Shown: positions 24,101 to 35,029 of the stretch, one piece after another
Position numbering within the stretch: position 1 is the first letter of the stretch
Layout: every line of letters begins with the position of its first letter
From: Thalia democratica
Lineage: Eukaryota
Assembly (NCBI GenBank): GCA_965202585.1
Contig: OZ241827.1
Coordinates: forward strand, 30,566,001-30,630,000
DNA length: 64,000 nt
Direction of reading: 5' to 3'
Translations under genes and position numbers: made by a program
Notes under the pieces: generated by a model
The model's input: only the letters and a program-made list of their open reading frames with translations
Told to the model about the DNA's origin: nothing
Databases searched by the model: none

Positions 24101-26035
24101 AGTTTTTCTTTTAACATTCCTTACATGTTCTAACTTATTGTTTAGTTATGATGAAATTTGGATACCAAGTATTAGTTTTTGTATTAAGAAAATTATTAAT
24201 AAATAATAATTTTAACAATGATTTTTTTCTTTTGTAATCTACTGTGGACAGTAGTTTTTCAAGATTTTTGGAATTACTGCTCTAAAAATTAAATTGCGTA
24301 TTTTAAGTTAATTATTATTAGTTTATGTTATTTGTTTATTCTTTATTCATAAGTTTTATTTTTCACATAAAATGGTTTTCTTAGAACGTCAGTGTTAGTA
24401 TAAAACAACTCTACTCACTTACAACTACAAGTTAGCCAAACAAATACCAAAACTACTAAAGCTAATTTACCATGGATTTCATTAAATAATTAGTATACAA
24501 AACAAAAACAAAACTATACTACATAAAACTTTACGCTAGTTAAATTTTGTTAGGAACTTACTAAGAAAGTTTTTTATAGTCTTTATATTTTTCCTTAGAA
24601 GGATTAATTTAGATTAAACTTTACTTTTGAACATCAGTCGGTGGTAAAAGCTTTATTTATAATAATAACATAATTAAATAGAGTATGCAATAGTTTTAAA
24701 TGGTATAAACAGAACTATTTAGTATTTAATAAACTTATCAACAAAAACAAAAAAATAACATACCTTTAAAATTCTTCAATGGTGAAAGTTATTGAAGTAT
24801 TCTTGTCATTCAAAGCATATTAAACTACAAGTTTTTATTTTTCGTATAGATGGCAAAAAAATTAAGGGAACTGAATAGTTACATCACTATAAAAATAGCT
24901 CAGTTTTGTAGTAAACAACTTAATTTGCATACGTTTTGCATATATTATTTTAATCTCCTTCTTGAATAGATTACTGTGTCAAATTTAATTCAACAAATAC
25001 TTAAATTATTTTAAATAACGCAATACAGTGCTTATTCACTTATCCGGACTTTTATCCGGACGCTCACTTATCGATTTTGAAAATTCAAAAATATTTTAAT
25101 AGTAAACACAAAAATTCATTCAAAAAGTTTCGCAACTTTTTAAATTATATGAGTTTTCTGCTGAAAAGCGTGGAAAAACTATAAAACAAACGTCTATTAT
25201 TTCTAATTTTAGTAAAACTTCCAATAAAAGCTAGTTTGTTAGGAGTGATATGTTTCCGTTAAATTGACTTTAAACTTAGTCAAAGTTTCCCGTTTTCTTT
25301 TTGTCTGATTTTTTAATTAAAAAAAAAGTCTTTCATTTCATTTATAGAGATAGTTTACATTATTTTTTGTTTTTAAAGATAATTTAATTTATATTTTCTC
25401 TTAAACAAAAATTAATTTTTTTTTTTAATAAATAGTTAGGGCAGGTAGAATTATAAATGATGAATTTTACTTGCTTGACCCATAAAAAATGTATATAGTT
25501 GCAAAGAGTTAGTAAGTCTAATGTTTTTCTACCGTAGAACAAATAAATTTAATAATCTTAAGTTTAGCTTTTATTATTTATCATTTTATTATATATTACT
25601 TATAATAACTATGTGTTTGTTTTTACCATAACACTTTTATTATGCATTGCATTATATGCAGCAGTTATATTATTAAATGAAAAAAAATATTTTTTTGTAG
25701 TTATCCGGACACGTTTACAGAAAAATCTTGCCCAACGTGTCCGGATAAGTGAATAAGCACTGTACTTATATTATTTTAAATAACATACTTATTGTACTCA
25801 ATAAACTTACTGCTTGTTCAAACTGTATGAACTTTAGATTTAGTGAAACTAGTTTTTACAACAAATACTTCTTTGTTTAATAAAAAAATATTGAACATTT
25901 TAAAACTAAACACATTTTATAACTTATATAAAAAGTAGTAGCAATAACCAGAACTATTAATAATTAATTGAGCAAAGTATACTGACCTACCGCCCGCGTA
26001 ACTTCGCACGATAACATCCATAAGAGTGCGAACAT
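1..26035 (-). CDS. Multi-exon gene encoding a secreted or cell-surface protein with >=34 tandem sushi (CCP/SCR) domains (complement-receptor/SVEP1/selectin-like architecture); 3' end lies beyond window start
   Basis: 34 exons of 180-219 bp, all multiples of 3, phase 1-1, AG acceptors and GT donors (one exception), each encoding C-x-x-P...Y-x-C...C...G-x-W...C. No specific orthologue recognisable. Confidence 0.9.
269..484 (-). CDS. Sushi exon (CGAPPKIEDY...APNCGL)
   Basis: 216 bp, CAG/GTGAGT; read manually. Confidence 0.85.
613..807 (-). CDS. Sushi exon (CPQLHVPDDG...AICMK)
   Basis: 195 bp, CAG/GTCAGT. Confidence 0.85.
1403..1456 (+). ncRNA. Type I hammerhead ribozyme, copy 1 (predicted cleavage after GUC at 1445)
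   Basis: CUGACGA (1415-1421), stem II GUCC-UAAUAA-GGAC, GAAA, palindromic stem III ACCGGU, stem I GACUAUUCCUGC/GUAGGAUUGUC. Confidence 0.9.
1731..1784 (+). ncRNA. Type I hammerhead ribozyme, copy 2 (cleavage after 1773)
   Basis: Identical to copy 1. Confidence 0.9.
2059..2112 (+). ncRNA. Type I hammerhead ribozyme, copy 3 (cleavage after 2101)
   Basis: Identical to copy 1. Confidence 0.9.
9475..9654 (-). CDS. Sushi exon, diverged relative of the 10-exon array (CPPAPNLDNG...WIGDLGGCIP)
   Basis: 180 bp, AAG/GTAAGA; read manually. Confidence 0.85.
10049..10243 (-). CDS. Sushi exon (CPRVNTTINNG...PTCYP)
   Basis: 195 bp, CAG/GTATGT. Confidence 0.85.
10734..10931 (-). CDS. Sushi exon (CDNFPTISNG...GECMK)
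   Basis: 198 bp, CAG/GT. Confidence 0.85.
11313..11531 (-). CDS. Sushi exon (TRCSEDVIP...GKCVR)
   Basis: 219 bp, CAG/GTAAGT. Confidence 0.85.
11718..11903 (-). CDS. Sushi exon (CGTPPKFSN...GKCYT)
   Basis: 186 bp, GAG acceptor, GTGATT donor. Confidence 0.75.
12313..12522 (-). CDS. Sushi exon (CGTPETIDDG...PPECVI)
   Basis: 210 bp, TAG/GTAAGT; read manually. Confidence 0.85.
12722..12922 (-). CDS. Sushi exon (CPNFDKTEG...LPLCYK); the phase-1 donor that keeps the last Cys reads GAAAGT, not GT
   Basis: 201 bp intact sushi domain; donor non-canonical (see findings). Confidence 0.7.
13668..13865 (-). CDS. Sushi exon (CGQSRNVSN...FHCLR)
   Basis: 198 bp, CAG/GTGAGT. Confidence 0.85.
14054..14254 (-). 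CDS. Sushi exon (CDAIPQFNNS...VHCYP)
   Basis: 201 bp, CAG/GTCAGT. Confidence 0.85.
14911..15114 (-). CDS. Sushi exon (CDNPPVLENG...PPTCIK)
   Basis: 204 bp, CAG/GT. Confidence 0.85.
15360..15557 (-). CDS. Sushi exon (CPQPPEG...APICGP)
   Basis: 198 bp, CAG/GT. Confidence 0.85.
15769..15969 (-). CDS. Sushi exon (CPSIKDLLNG...PICIT)
   Basis: 201 bp, AAG/GT. Confidence 0.85.
16208..16405 (-). CDS. Sushi exon (CPDVKMT...PICLQ)
   Basis: 198 bp, CAG/GT. Confidence 0.85.
16697..16903 (-). CDS. Sushi exon (CGPSPIVPN...FMCLK)
   Basis: 207 bp, AAG/GTAAGA. Confidence 0.85.
17259..17450 (-). CDS. Sushi exon (CNEIPEVAN...TVRCYR)
   Basis: 192 bp, CAG/GT. Confidence 0.85.
18475..18681 (-). CDS. Sushi exon (CELPPSIEKG...LPQCLK)
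   Basis: 207 bp open phase 1-1 exon, CAG/GT; read manually. Confidence 0.85.
19037..19234 (-). CDS. Sushi exon C' (duplicate of C)
   Basis: 198 bp, near-identical to 21855-22052. Confidence 0.85.
19655..19837 (-). CDS. Sushi exon B' (duplicate of B)
   Basis: 183 bp, near-identical to 22474-22656. Confidence 0.8.
20405..21099. mobile_element. Non-autonomous DNA transposon (MITE), TIR GGCCATAGGGGGG, TTAA/TAA target; Kolobok- or Harbinger-like
   Basis: Terminal inverted repeats; absent from the duplicate intron at ~23220 (empty site GAGCTTAACAC); related copies at 42934-43528 and 52933-53585. Confidence 0.8.
21169..21360 (-). CDS. Sushi exon A' (duplicate of A)
   Basis: Identical translation to 23288-23479. 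Confidence 0.85.
21855..22052 (-). CDS. Sushi exon C (CTSPPEG...YAPECAQ)
   Basis: 198 bp, CAG acceptor, GT donor. Confidence 0.85.
22474..22656 (-). CDS. Sushi exon B (CNAPPSLNYGKY...NPFCPEYELA)
   Basis: 183 bp, TAGTAG acceptor, GTTTGT donor; read manually. Confidence 0.8.
23288..23479 (-). CDS. Sushi exon A (CSTPPLPLKNG...RPVCVR)
   Basis: 192 bp, AAG acceptor, GTTAGT donor. Confidence 0.85.
25026..25762. mobile_element. Tc1/mariner-type MITE
   Basis: Perfect 24-bp TIR CAGTGCTTATTCACTTATCCGGAC, TA on both sides. Confidence 0.85.
25987..26035 (-). CDS. Putative first coding exon (signal peptide MFALLWMLSCEVTRAV) of the sushi gene
   Basis: ATG at 26035 with upstream in-frame TGA, hydrophobic 16-aa stretch, phase-1 donor G|GTCAGT that joins in frame to exon 23479. 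Inference only. Confidence 0.5.
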
Positions 26036-26076
26036 AAACGGCAGGTGCAAAGAATCATGACAGGCTCAAAAATGTG

Positions 26077-26297
26077 TCTGCGTGCAAAATTATATGCTCG
26101 TGCAAAAATATACCCTCATGTAAAAGTGTCTTCGTGCAAAATTGAACCTTCGTGAAATTTGTCTACGTGCAATTTTATCTTCGTGCAATTTTGCGCTCTC
26201 GTGCAAATTAGTCTTCGCGCAATAATATCTTCGTGCAGTTTTGTGTTTTCGTGCAACTTTGTCCCCTCGTGCAATTTTGTACGCTCGCGCAATTTAG
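26077..26297. repeat. Degenerate tandem array of ~13 TCGTGCAA-core units (15-18 bp period)
   Basis: Direct reading. Confidence 0.85.
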
Positions 26298-26363
26298 ACA
26301 GCTACCCGTTAAGACACCTAAGCTATAAATGTCAAAGCCATAGAGTACAATAAGCTCCTAATG

Positions 26364-29300
26364 CAGGGTTTCCCAAACTCATTTATTAAATCGCCCCCTT
26401 TTCAGAAATTTGAAAAATAATCGCCCCCCACGATTTTAAAAAGTAGTTTTTCTTTTGAGTACAAACGTTTGAGCCAAAAAAATTGTGTTCGAAATGTAAC
26501 TTAGTCTGGTATTTCTTATGCACGCACTTTTGGGCTGTGTTCAAAGTAGTTTACAGGGCTTGATAAAATAAGTTACTGTTGTTTTCTTATAAGCCCAGTA
26601 AAGTGTATTAAAATACTTAAATATTAAAAAGCCTTGTGTAATCAGTAATCATTCCTGTTTAAATATGAATTGTTTTGAAACTAATGAAACTTTTAGGGTA
26701 GTGGTGGACAACTTTTGTAGTCAGCAATTCATATTTACTAAAAAATCTTTTTTTGTTTCAACTCGTTAAAAAAAATGTAATTGCGGGCTGCATAATTTAA
26801 AAAAAATAATGTATAGAAAACTAAAAAACTCGAGCAAAATTGTAATAAAATGATTTACTATTATTGTGATCTAGGAAATACTAAAGTAACTGAAAACCAA
26901 ATTGAAAGTGTATTTCAAAATCATAAGCATCAAAAAACTAAATTTTGTTTATTTTGCACAAGTAGTTTCAAGTTACTTGGCGGGTCGAAATTTGATTGGA
27001 TCTGGACCGTAAATTACCCATCTGAAATCTTAACTGAAACCTGATATTATAACTCTCTCTCTCATTTAACGAGTTTCGGACATTTAGAGTGAATACTAAG
27101 TAACTTATTTAAGCTGCACAAAATACTTAAATTATTTTATAAATAGGCATATTCTAAAATTAAATACCAGAGATTAAAAAACTATAAAAGAATGAACAGA
27201 TTTTTTAAACATAATGAAATATATATTAAAATATTATTGCTGATCCAGTTTTAGGAAGTTTGACCGACTGGCTGATTATCTCACATGAAAAGTGGGTTTA
27301 TCAATAGCTTCTGTTTATGCAGTAAAATTATTAATTTCAATGCTGAGATATATTATAATCAAGTTAGTTGCAAAATTAAAAATTTAATTCTAAACGTTTT
27401 AAACTACATGTTTTGTAGTAGAATACCATTAAATAGTATTTGACTTAAAATAACCTAAAAATTATTTTAATTGTGTAAAAACTTTCTTTTGTAACTGTAG
27501 CAGTCTTTTTGATTGCTTATTTAATACTGTTCAATTTTATTTTTTCTCTAGTTATTAGCCTATAATAATTTACCAGAAGAAAATAGTGAAAAACTAAAAT
27601 CTAGTGTTGAACTATTAAAATAAACAACATATTCTAATTGCTATTATATTAAAAAATAAGATAAAACAAAAAACAGTTGTATTAATAGTTTAAATTTATT
27701 TAATATATAGATTTTCTAACAGTAATAAATCAAGTTAGAAAATAAATTTAAGTTTAATAATCTTTTAAATGAAAAATTTGAAGTCATTTCAAATAGAGAC
27801 ATCAAATCTATACTCTTTTAAAACCAAAAATTATTTTTGAAATAAAAACTTTAATGGTTATCAAGGTTTTTTTATTTATACGGATTAAACAAGTAATAAC
27901 AAAAATATGTCAAATAAATTTCTTTCAAACAAATACTTTAACCACTATGCTATAAAAACTTTTAGTGTAATGTAAATCGACAAATATAAACTACAAAATT
28001 AACCAGGTCAAAACAAAGCTACTTACATATTTAAAACATAAAAAGTTTTATATATACAGTAGACTTCCTCTTCAATTCGCACTTTGAACAAAATAAAAAA
28101 GTTTAAACTCAAAAATTATTACCATTTTTTTTTACAAAATGATAAATTTAAATATGTTATATGCAATACCGTTATGAATAAACATGAAATCAACTAAAAC
28201 ATAAAACAAACATTCATAAAAAAAAAGATCTATATAAGCTATAAATATTGTGTATTTTTGTTTTATTAATACTTAGTTAGTAATAGACTTTATTTAAGTT
28301 AAATTTAAGAAAGTATAAGTTTGCAATTTTTTGGGTAAAAAGTGCGAACTCAAGAAGTAGAAGTCTACCGTAATTAATATTTATTAGGCATTATGCGAAC
28401 CTGTTATAGAATAAATAACTTAAAAGAAATTTTAATATAAAAAGACTACTTAAATACAATACAAACCAGGTTAAACAAGAAGTATTTTAAAAGATCAAAT
28501 AAATAAATAAAACTTTCATAAAATAATCTCTGCTACTGAATTCTAATATAATGCGAAGGATGAGGTTCATGAGTGCTTGCAAGTTTTTATAATCTGATTC
28601 TAAATCAGTCAAATAAAGCCTCAAGTCACTTCCTTTACAAATATCTAGATTAGATATTTTGCTCAAGATGTTGATAACTAAACTGAAAGCTTTCTCAACA
28701 ACATAGCCTAGAAGGAAAAACTATACACAACAATCTAAATTCCTCGCAAATGATTGGATACTTTTGCCTTAGTTTTTGTTGAGTCCAAAAGCTTTCATTT
28801 TGTTCTTTGGAAAAAAATACTTTAAGTTCAAGGTCAGTTTGTAAGTCGGAGAAGGTTTCCTGTGAGTCGTTTACTTCAAAAAGATCTGCCACGAAAGGAT
28901 CCATATTTTTATCTATATGATAGCTTTTTTGTGTGAAATCGGAATTTTACTACTAAATATGATGAAATTGTTAAAAATTCCAGATTAAAAAATTTTTTTT
29001 TGCCTAAGTTGTCAAATTCCCGGTTTTTCTAGGTAAATTGGCAACCCTGTATAGTTTTATTTCTTAGTCTAACTTAATGACTTTTCAAAAAACAATTGGA
29101 AATATCATGAGGTGATAGTTAATATAGAAAACATAGATTTTTACAAACCATAAAATCCTAAATAACATATATGTAAGGTTAAAAAATAGTGAAAAGAATT
29201 CCGATCGTCTATGATCTATGTAAGTGTTAAATAAGAAAATATTTAATTGAAAATATGTAATTGACTCGAAAAAAGAAGTCATAAGTAATTGATTTTTTTC

Positions 29301-29537
29301 TCTATATTTTACATAAACACAATAAACTTTTTTGTTAAAGTTTTACCACAGGGTCAAATATTTTAGAGCAAGGTAAAATTAGTAAAATACAAAAATCGAA
29401 AGTAAACATTTAATGACAACCCAAAATTTTCAAATCGCCCACCCTTTCGCCCCCTTGCTAATTATCGCCCCCCGAAATATTAAAATCGCCCCCAGGGATA
29501 TCGCCCCCAGGGATATCGCCCACTTTGGGAAACCCTG
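26364..29537. mobile_element. Decayed hAT (Buster/Charlie-type) DNA transposon, 3.2 kb
   Basis: TIR CAGGGTTTCCCAAA, perfect 8-bp TSD TCCTAATG (26356-26363, 29538-29545), subterminal ATCGCCCCC repeats at both ends, internal transposase remnant. Confidence 0.85.
28549..28905 (-). pseudogene. Frameshifted C-terminal remnant of a Buster/Charlie-type hAT transposase
   Basis: ORF 28695-28904 (..FWTQQKL..YPII....L..FPS) continues across frameshifts as VEKAFS.V...L....NLDI..SDLRL....D...L..HEPHPSH, matching the family C-terminus from memory. Confidence 0.65.
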
Positions 29538-32520
29538 TCCTAATGGAAGGCACAAACTAAAAATGCAAAAAAATTAATTTCGATAAAAATTATCCCTTAT
29601 GTTTTTCAAATTATTCACTTCAAATTTTTGAAAAGTCTTTCCAATACTATTTAGGAAATTCCTATTGTAATAATTTTAATATAAGAAAAAAAAAGTTTTA
29701 TTTGTTTTTAAAATTGTCTTTTTATTTAAGAAAATAAAAATATGATAAAAAATATCTAACTTAATCCACATGTTTAATATTACAGATTTATGATTTGTAA
29801 GTTTTTTTGTTATTCAAATGTCTGAAAAAATAACTTTCAAGTTGACAATTAAGTCAAAACTTGAAATTATTGAAGAGTAAAAATTAAAGTTTTTATTTTT
29901 TGAATTTTTTAGAATTTTAAAGTGCGTAACGTCACGAGTGCGTAAAGATGCGAGAGGTTACTGTAACGATTTACCAGGAAATTTTTTTTGCGGAGATTCC
30001 GAGATTTACCGTAGTTTTTATAATTTACAAAAAAATATATTTAAATCTCTAGACAGAAATTTGCAGTTTAGCTACCTATAATTGATTCCTAATGTTTACT
30101 AGTAGTCAACAAACATAACATATTGTTATAAAAATATTAAGTTAGCTAGTATATACATGTTGTTTTAAAGCTAAAAGATACGTAGATTTCTTCTTGGCGT
30201 TTGTTGACCCCTGCTTTAAAGTGCATATCGATTAAAAGCATTTCAGTAGTAATACTAAAACATTTTCTTTAATACTATCTTTAGTATACACGTATATATA
30301 AGTAAATACTTTTTGCTTTATTCAAAATGAACTTTACAATTAATGAGTACAGCCATAATATATGTAAAAAAAGAAATATTCGTAATACAGTATTGCATTC
30401 ATTGATCTGTTAAGTTAGAATTGTGTAATTATATTTTTAATTTGTTTATAAAATATTTAATAAATTTTTAGTATAAAAGGATAGAGAACCTTTTTTATAA
30501 TGCTTTTTTAACATAATTAAAAACTTCATTCAATACTTTTATAACTAACCAATATGCTTGCATTAGACTTGCTAAATTTACTTTTAAATACGATTTTTTC
30601 AAACTAATACTTTCTTTAATATAAAAGCTCATTATTAAAAAATATATTCACTTTAGAACTAACATAATCTATTTAGTTTTAATTATAAATTCTGTTTTAA
30701 CAGGTGTTATTAAGTTTAATAGCTCTGAACAAGACGTTTAAAGGTATCCAAGGGGTGTGCAACTCGATAGCCGAAAGGTTTTTTCGTGCACCAGGTCCTA
30801 GAACCAAATATTTTGAGTGTCTTTTTTTTCGTTATATAAACAATATAATATAATATCCAGCTTTCTTTAATTTCCTAAAAACTTTATATACAATTAACCT
30901 TAGTTTGTTTGAAAATTTTTTTGAAAACTAGAAAAAATGCTTTATTTATATAAGTCCCTACTGTATACTTTTCTATCTAATAAGTTCATTATATCAGACA
31001 ATTGAAACTTTACCATTGTTATATCTAATTAAAAGTTTATCGTTAATACAAAAATCAACAACATCATTAGAATATTTAATTTAAGTTTATTGAAAAAGTA
31101 CGGAGTTCTGCAACTGGAAAGGATGAAAAATGTTAATTTAACATTGTGTCCTGTGCTTTTCTGTTTGTAAGAATATTTTTTATTGCCTTTAATATAAAAT
31201 AACCTTTAAGCTTTTATTACAGTGAGTAGCTAATTTCTGACACACTTTTCAAAACAAAGTCCCTAAAATTTTTTTAATGTAAAACGATTTTATAGATTTA
31301 TAAACAATATACTTTAAAATAAACTGTCATATAATATGCATACAAATGATAAAGCTGTTTAAGTTAATTATGCTTATCAAATCAATGAGCTTACTTTCAA
31401 AATCTATTGCTTTTCTTTTTGTTTTTTATAAGTTTTTTCATTTGTATTTTTTAACTGGTTACTACTAATTTTTCTAATCAATGCTTAACTACAAAACTGT
31501 ATTCCTTATTATTTATAGTCTTTGACAAAAAACAAAACAACAAATTTAAACACCGTTAATCAAAAAACTTCAGTAGTAAAATCTAATAAGATTAGTATTA
31601 TGAACTAGTTTTAACAAAAATTTTATTTATTTAAGCTCTTGAAAAATAATTTGTCATAGATATTTTGGCTGAAAAGTTTGCGTTTTTATACAAAAAATTT
31701 TACCTATTGAAGTGTTTGTATTTTTTTGATTGTTCAAGAAAGTTTTTTTTATAATTAACTGAGGTTCAATTTTTATATGTGTGTTATCTTCTTAATCACT
31801 ATAAATTCTTATATCATTGTACTTATCATTAAGTTCTAAGAAAGTTATTACAAATAAGAAAGGTTAAACAGTACCTTTGTAGAATAAACACGTGTTTGGT
31901 GATCTTGGTAACTTACTTATTAGCTTATTGAACACGATAAAAAATCAACGTTCTAATATTTCGTTTAAAGGACCTGAGGTATAGAAAAACAACCGAGTCA
32001 CACACCTGCTATTTATCTAAAAGTACATGAAAAATTGTAATTTTGCGAAAATAAAATATATAACAAGAAAAAAAACACACAATAAAAATAAACAAAACTT
32101 AATGTGATAATTTACTCGGAACAACTTATCACGAAGATATATATTTAAAAGAATGAATAGTATTTAAGTAGTAGAACATATTTTGCTTATAACAATAACA
32201 TAGACCTATTGACTTGATTTAAATTATTTACAATTTTAAATATATACCTTTAAATTTAAATTAAACGGGATGAACTACGTAAGCAAACAGCAAAAGAAAT
32301 ACACAAAAGTTGTTTACTACAATATTTATCTAATAAAGATAAAATAAAAACAAAACTAGCTAAGGTATTTCCAATTTTAATTTTCACAGTACTTGAGTTA
32401 GTAATTAAACTATTTAACAATTTTTAGTCAATTATTTCAAATAATTACTTTTTAAAATTTATTATTAAAGAACTTTAGCAGTAGTCTAAATATCATTAAA
32501 ACATATTAATTCTTTCAAAA

Positions 32521-32574
32521 ATTTATTTTACAAACTAAGTTTCGGTCAAAGACCTCGTCAGTGCTTAAATAAAT
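32521..32574 (-). ncRNA. Minimal type I hammerhead ribozyme motif, inverted-arm copy
   Basis: Reverse complement of 34860-34913. Confidence 0.75.
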
Positions 32575-33581
32575 CTAAAAAAAGGATATGTGACAGTCAT
32601 GGAAAATAGCATTTAAACAATTAAATTAAAATAAAACCAAATTATTACTGAAAGTTTTTACTTAACAAACTAAACAAATTAAATTTTAATATTAAGACTG
32701 AGTTTTAGTAGAAGTTAGAATTTTTAGCTAAGTTTTAAAATCAATATAACAACAATAATAATAATAATCAAAGCTGTATGTAGCTTTCTTTTTTCTTCTA
32801 GATAATTTAGAGAGTAAACATTGCTTAAGCAAAAGTGTAATTAATGAAGTGAGTTAAAAATTTAATTGAATTTGGTGTAGCTTATTTTAATCGTGACGTA
32901 ATTATTGAAAATTTGAACAATCTTGTGCTTTTAATCGCTATTAAAATTTAAAATCCCGCTCAAATGTTTTATATGAAAGCTTATAGTTAAAATAAATGTT
33001 TACCTAAAACCAAAACAAGTTAAATTATGGTACTAAGTTTGAATTTTTGGCAAAGTTTAAATTCAAGTTAAATTTAAAAATCAAAGTACAACACAAATAA
33101 TAATAGTAAAAAATTCTTGTAGCTTTCTATTTTCTTCTAGTAGATTTTCAAAGTAAACATTGCTTAAATAAGAATAAGGTTAATATTAATAAGTGGGCTT
33201 AAGTTAAGATGCATTTTAATCAAGCTAAGTTTTATTGTGACTTGAATATTGTAAATTTAAGTAATTTTGTGCTTGTAATAGTAACGAAAATTTGAAAATT
33301 TTGCTTAAATAATTTAGAAAAAAAACTTTTAACTTTAAGAAAATTACAGTTACAAAAATTAAAAAGCATGCACAAAACCTGTATTACGAGTAATTTAAGT
33401 TTTGAAGTGGAGTTTTCGGAAGTGCGGGCAGGAATAAAAGAGTTCGTACCGTTTGTTTAGATTATCACTTCTGTCTGCTTTAGCGATCGCGACCTTTTCT
33501 AATATGCAAGTACTGCAAATGCTTTGTGGGTTTAAATACTTAAAATTGAATTATTAAATTAATTAAAATAAAATAAATAAA

Positions 33582-34034
33582 TACTTAAAAACAAGAAACG
33601 AAGATCCAAACGAAACACTTTGCAACTGCCGAACAAAAAACAAATGCCCCCTTAAGAATAAATGCTTAGTTGAAAATGTGGTATGTAAAGCGACAATCAA
33701 ATCGGAAAACGAAACAAAAAACTATTTGGGCTCAACGGGTGGAACTTTTAAAAAAAGATGGTACAACCATATTAGTGACTTTAAAAACTATAAAGAGAAC
33801 GGAACAGAAATATCGAAGTATATATGGAAGCTTAAAAATAAGAACATTGAATACAAAATAGATTGGGAAATTATCCACCATATTGGCAAAGCAAAAAACC
33901 CACAAAACATTTGCAGTACTTGCATATTAGAAAAGGTCGCGATCGCTAAAGCACACAGAAGGGATAATCTTAACAAACGGTACGAACTCTTTTATTCCTG
34001 CCCGCACTTCCGAAAACTCCACTTCAAAACTTAA
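33582..34034 (+). pseudogene. C-terminal GIY-YIG endonuclease domain of a Penelope-like element (no RT, no real start codon)
   Basis: Frame reads ...CNCRTKNKCPLKNKCLVENVVCKATIK...NYLGSTGGTFKKRWYNHISDF...EISKYIWKLK...W.II...C.TCILEK...LNKRYE...CPH, typical of PLE endonucleases. Confidence 0.85.
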
Positions 34035-34859
34035 ATTACTCGTAATACAGGTTTTGTGCATGCTTTTTAATTTTTGTAACTGTAATTTTCTTAAAGTTAA
34101 AAGTTTTTTTTCTAAATTATTCAAGCAAAATTTTCAAATTTTCGTTACTATTACAAGCACAAAATTACTTAAATTTACAATATTCAAGTCACAATAAAAT
34201 TTAGCTTGATTAAAATGCATCTTAACTTAAGCCCACTTATTACTATTAACCTTATTCTTATTTAAGCAATGTTTACTTTGAAAATCTACTAGAAGAAAAT
34301 AGAAAGCTACGAAAAATTTTTTTTTTTACTATTTTTATTTGTGTTGTTCTTTGATTTTTAAATTTAACTAGAATTTAAACTTTGCCAAAAATTCAAACTT
34401 AGTACCATAATTTAACTTGTTTTGTTTTTAGGTAAAAATTTATTTAACTATAAGCTTTCATATAAAACATTTGAGCGGGATTTTAAATTTTAATAGCGAT
34501 TAAAAGCACAAGATTGTTCAAATTTTCAATAATTACGTCACGATTAAAATAAGCTACACCAAATTCAATTAAATTTTTAACTTACTTCATTAATTACACT
34601 TATGCTTAAGCAATGTTTACTCTCTAAATTATCTAGAAGAAAAAAGAAAGCTACATACAGCTTTGATTATTATTATTATTGTTGTTATATTGATTTTAAA
34701 ACTTAGCTAAAAATTCTAACTTCTACTAAAACTCAGTCTTAATATTAAAATTTGATTTGTTTAGTTTGTTAAGTAAAAACTTTCAGTAATAATTTGGTTT
34801 TATTTTAATTTAATTGTTTAAATGCTATTTTCCATGACTGTCACATATCCTTTTTTAAG

Positions 34860-34913
34860 ATTTATTTAAGCACTGACGAGGTCTTTGACCGAAACTTAGT
34901 TTGTAAAATAAAT
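34860..34913 (+). ncRNA. Minimal type I hammerhead ribozyme motif (PLE-type), predicted GUU cleavage after 34901
   Basis: CUGACGA, GGUC-UUU-GACC, GAAA, near-palindromic AAACUUAGUUU, stem I AUUUAUUU..GCA/UGU.AAAUAAAU. Confidence 0.75.
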
Positions 34914-35029
34914 TTTTGAAAGAATAAATATATTACTTCTCCTCCAGCATTTGAGAACTCTCTATTTGTTTTCTTAAACCAAAACATATAATATCATTAA
35001 AACATAGTAGTACTTGCTATAGTCTAGAA

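Larger units (their letters stand above)
32506..34989 (+). mobile_element. 5'-truncated Penelope-like retroelement with ~1-kb inverted arms (32509-33533 and 33896-34925)
   Basis: Long near-perfect inverted repeat, GIY-YIG ORF fragment, HHR in each arm, 17-bp direct repeat AATATCATTAAAACATA at 32489-32505 and 34990-35006. Confidence 0.85.

Noticed and set aside
24755-24830. Strong donor AAG|GTATGT as candidate first coding exon of the sushi gene
   Set aside because: The phase-1 frame is closed by a stop a few codons upstream and there is no signal peptide.
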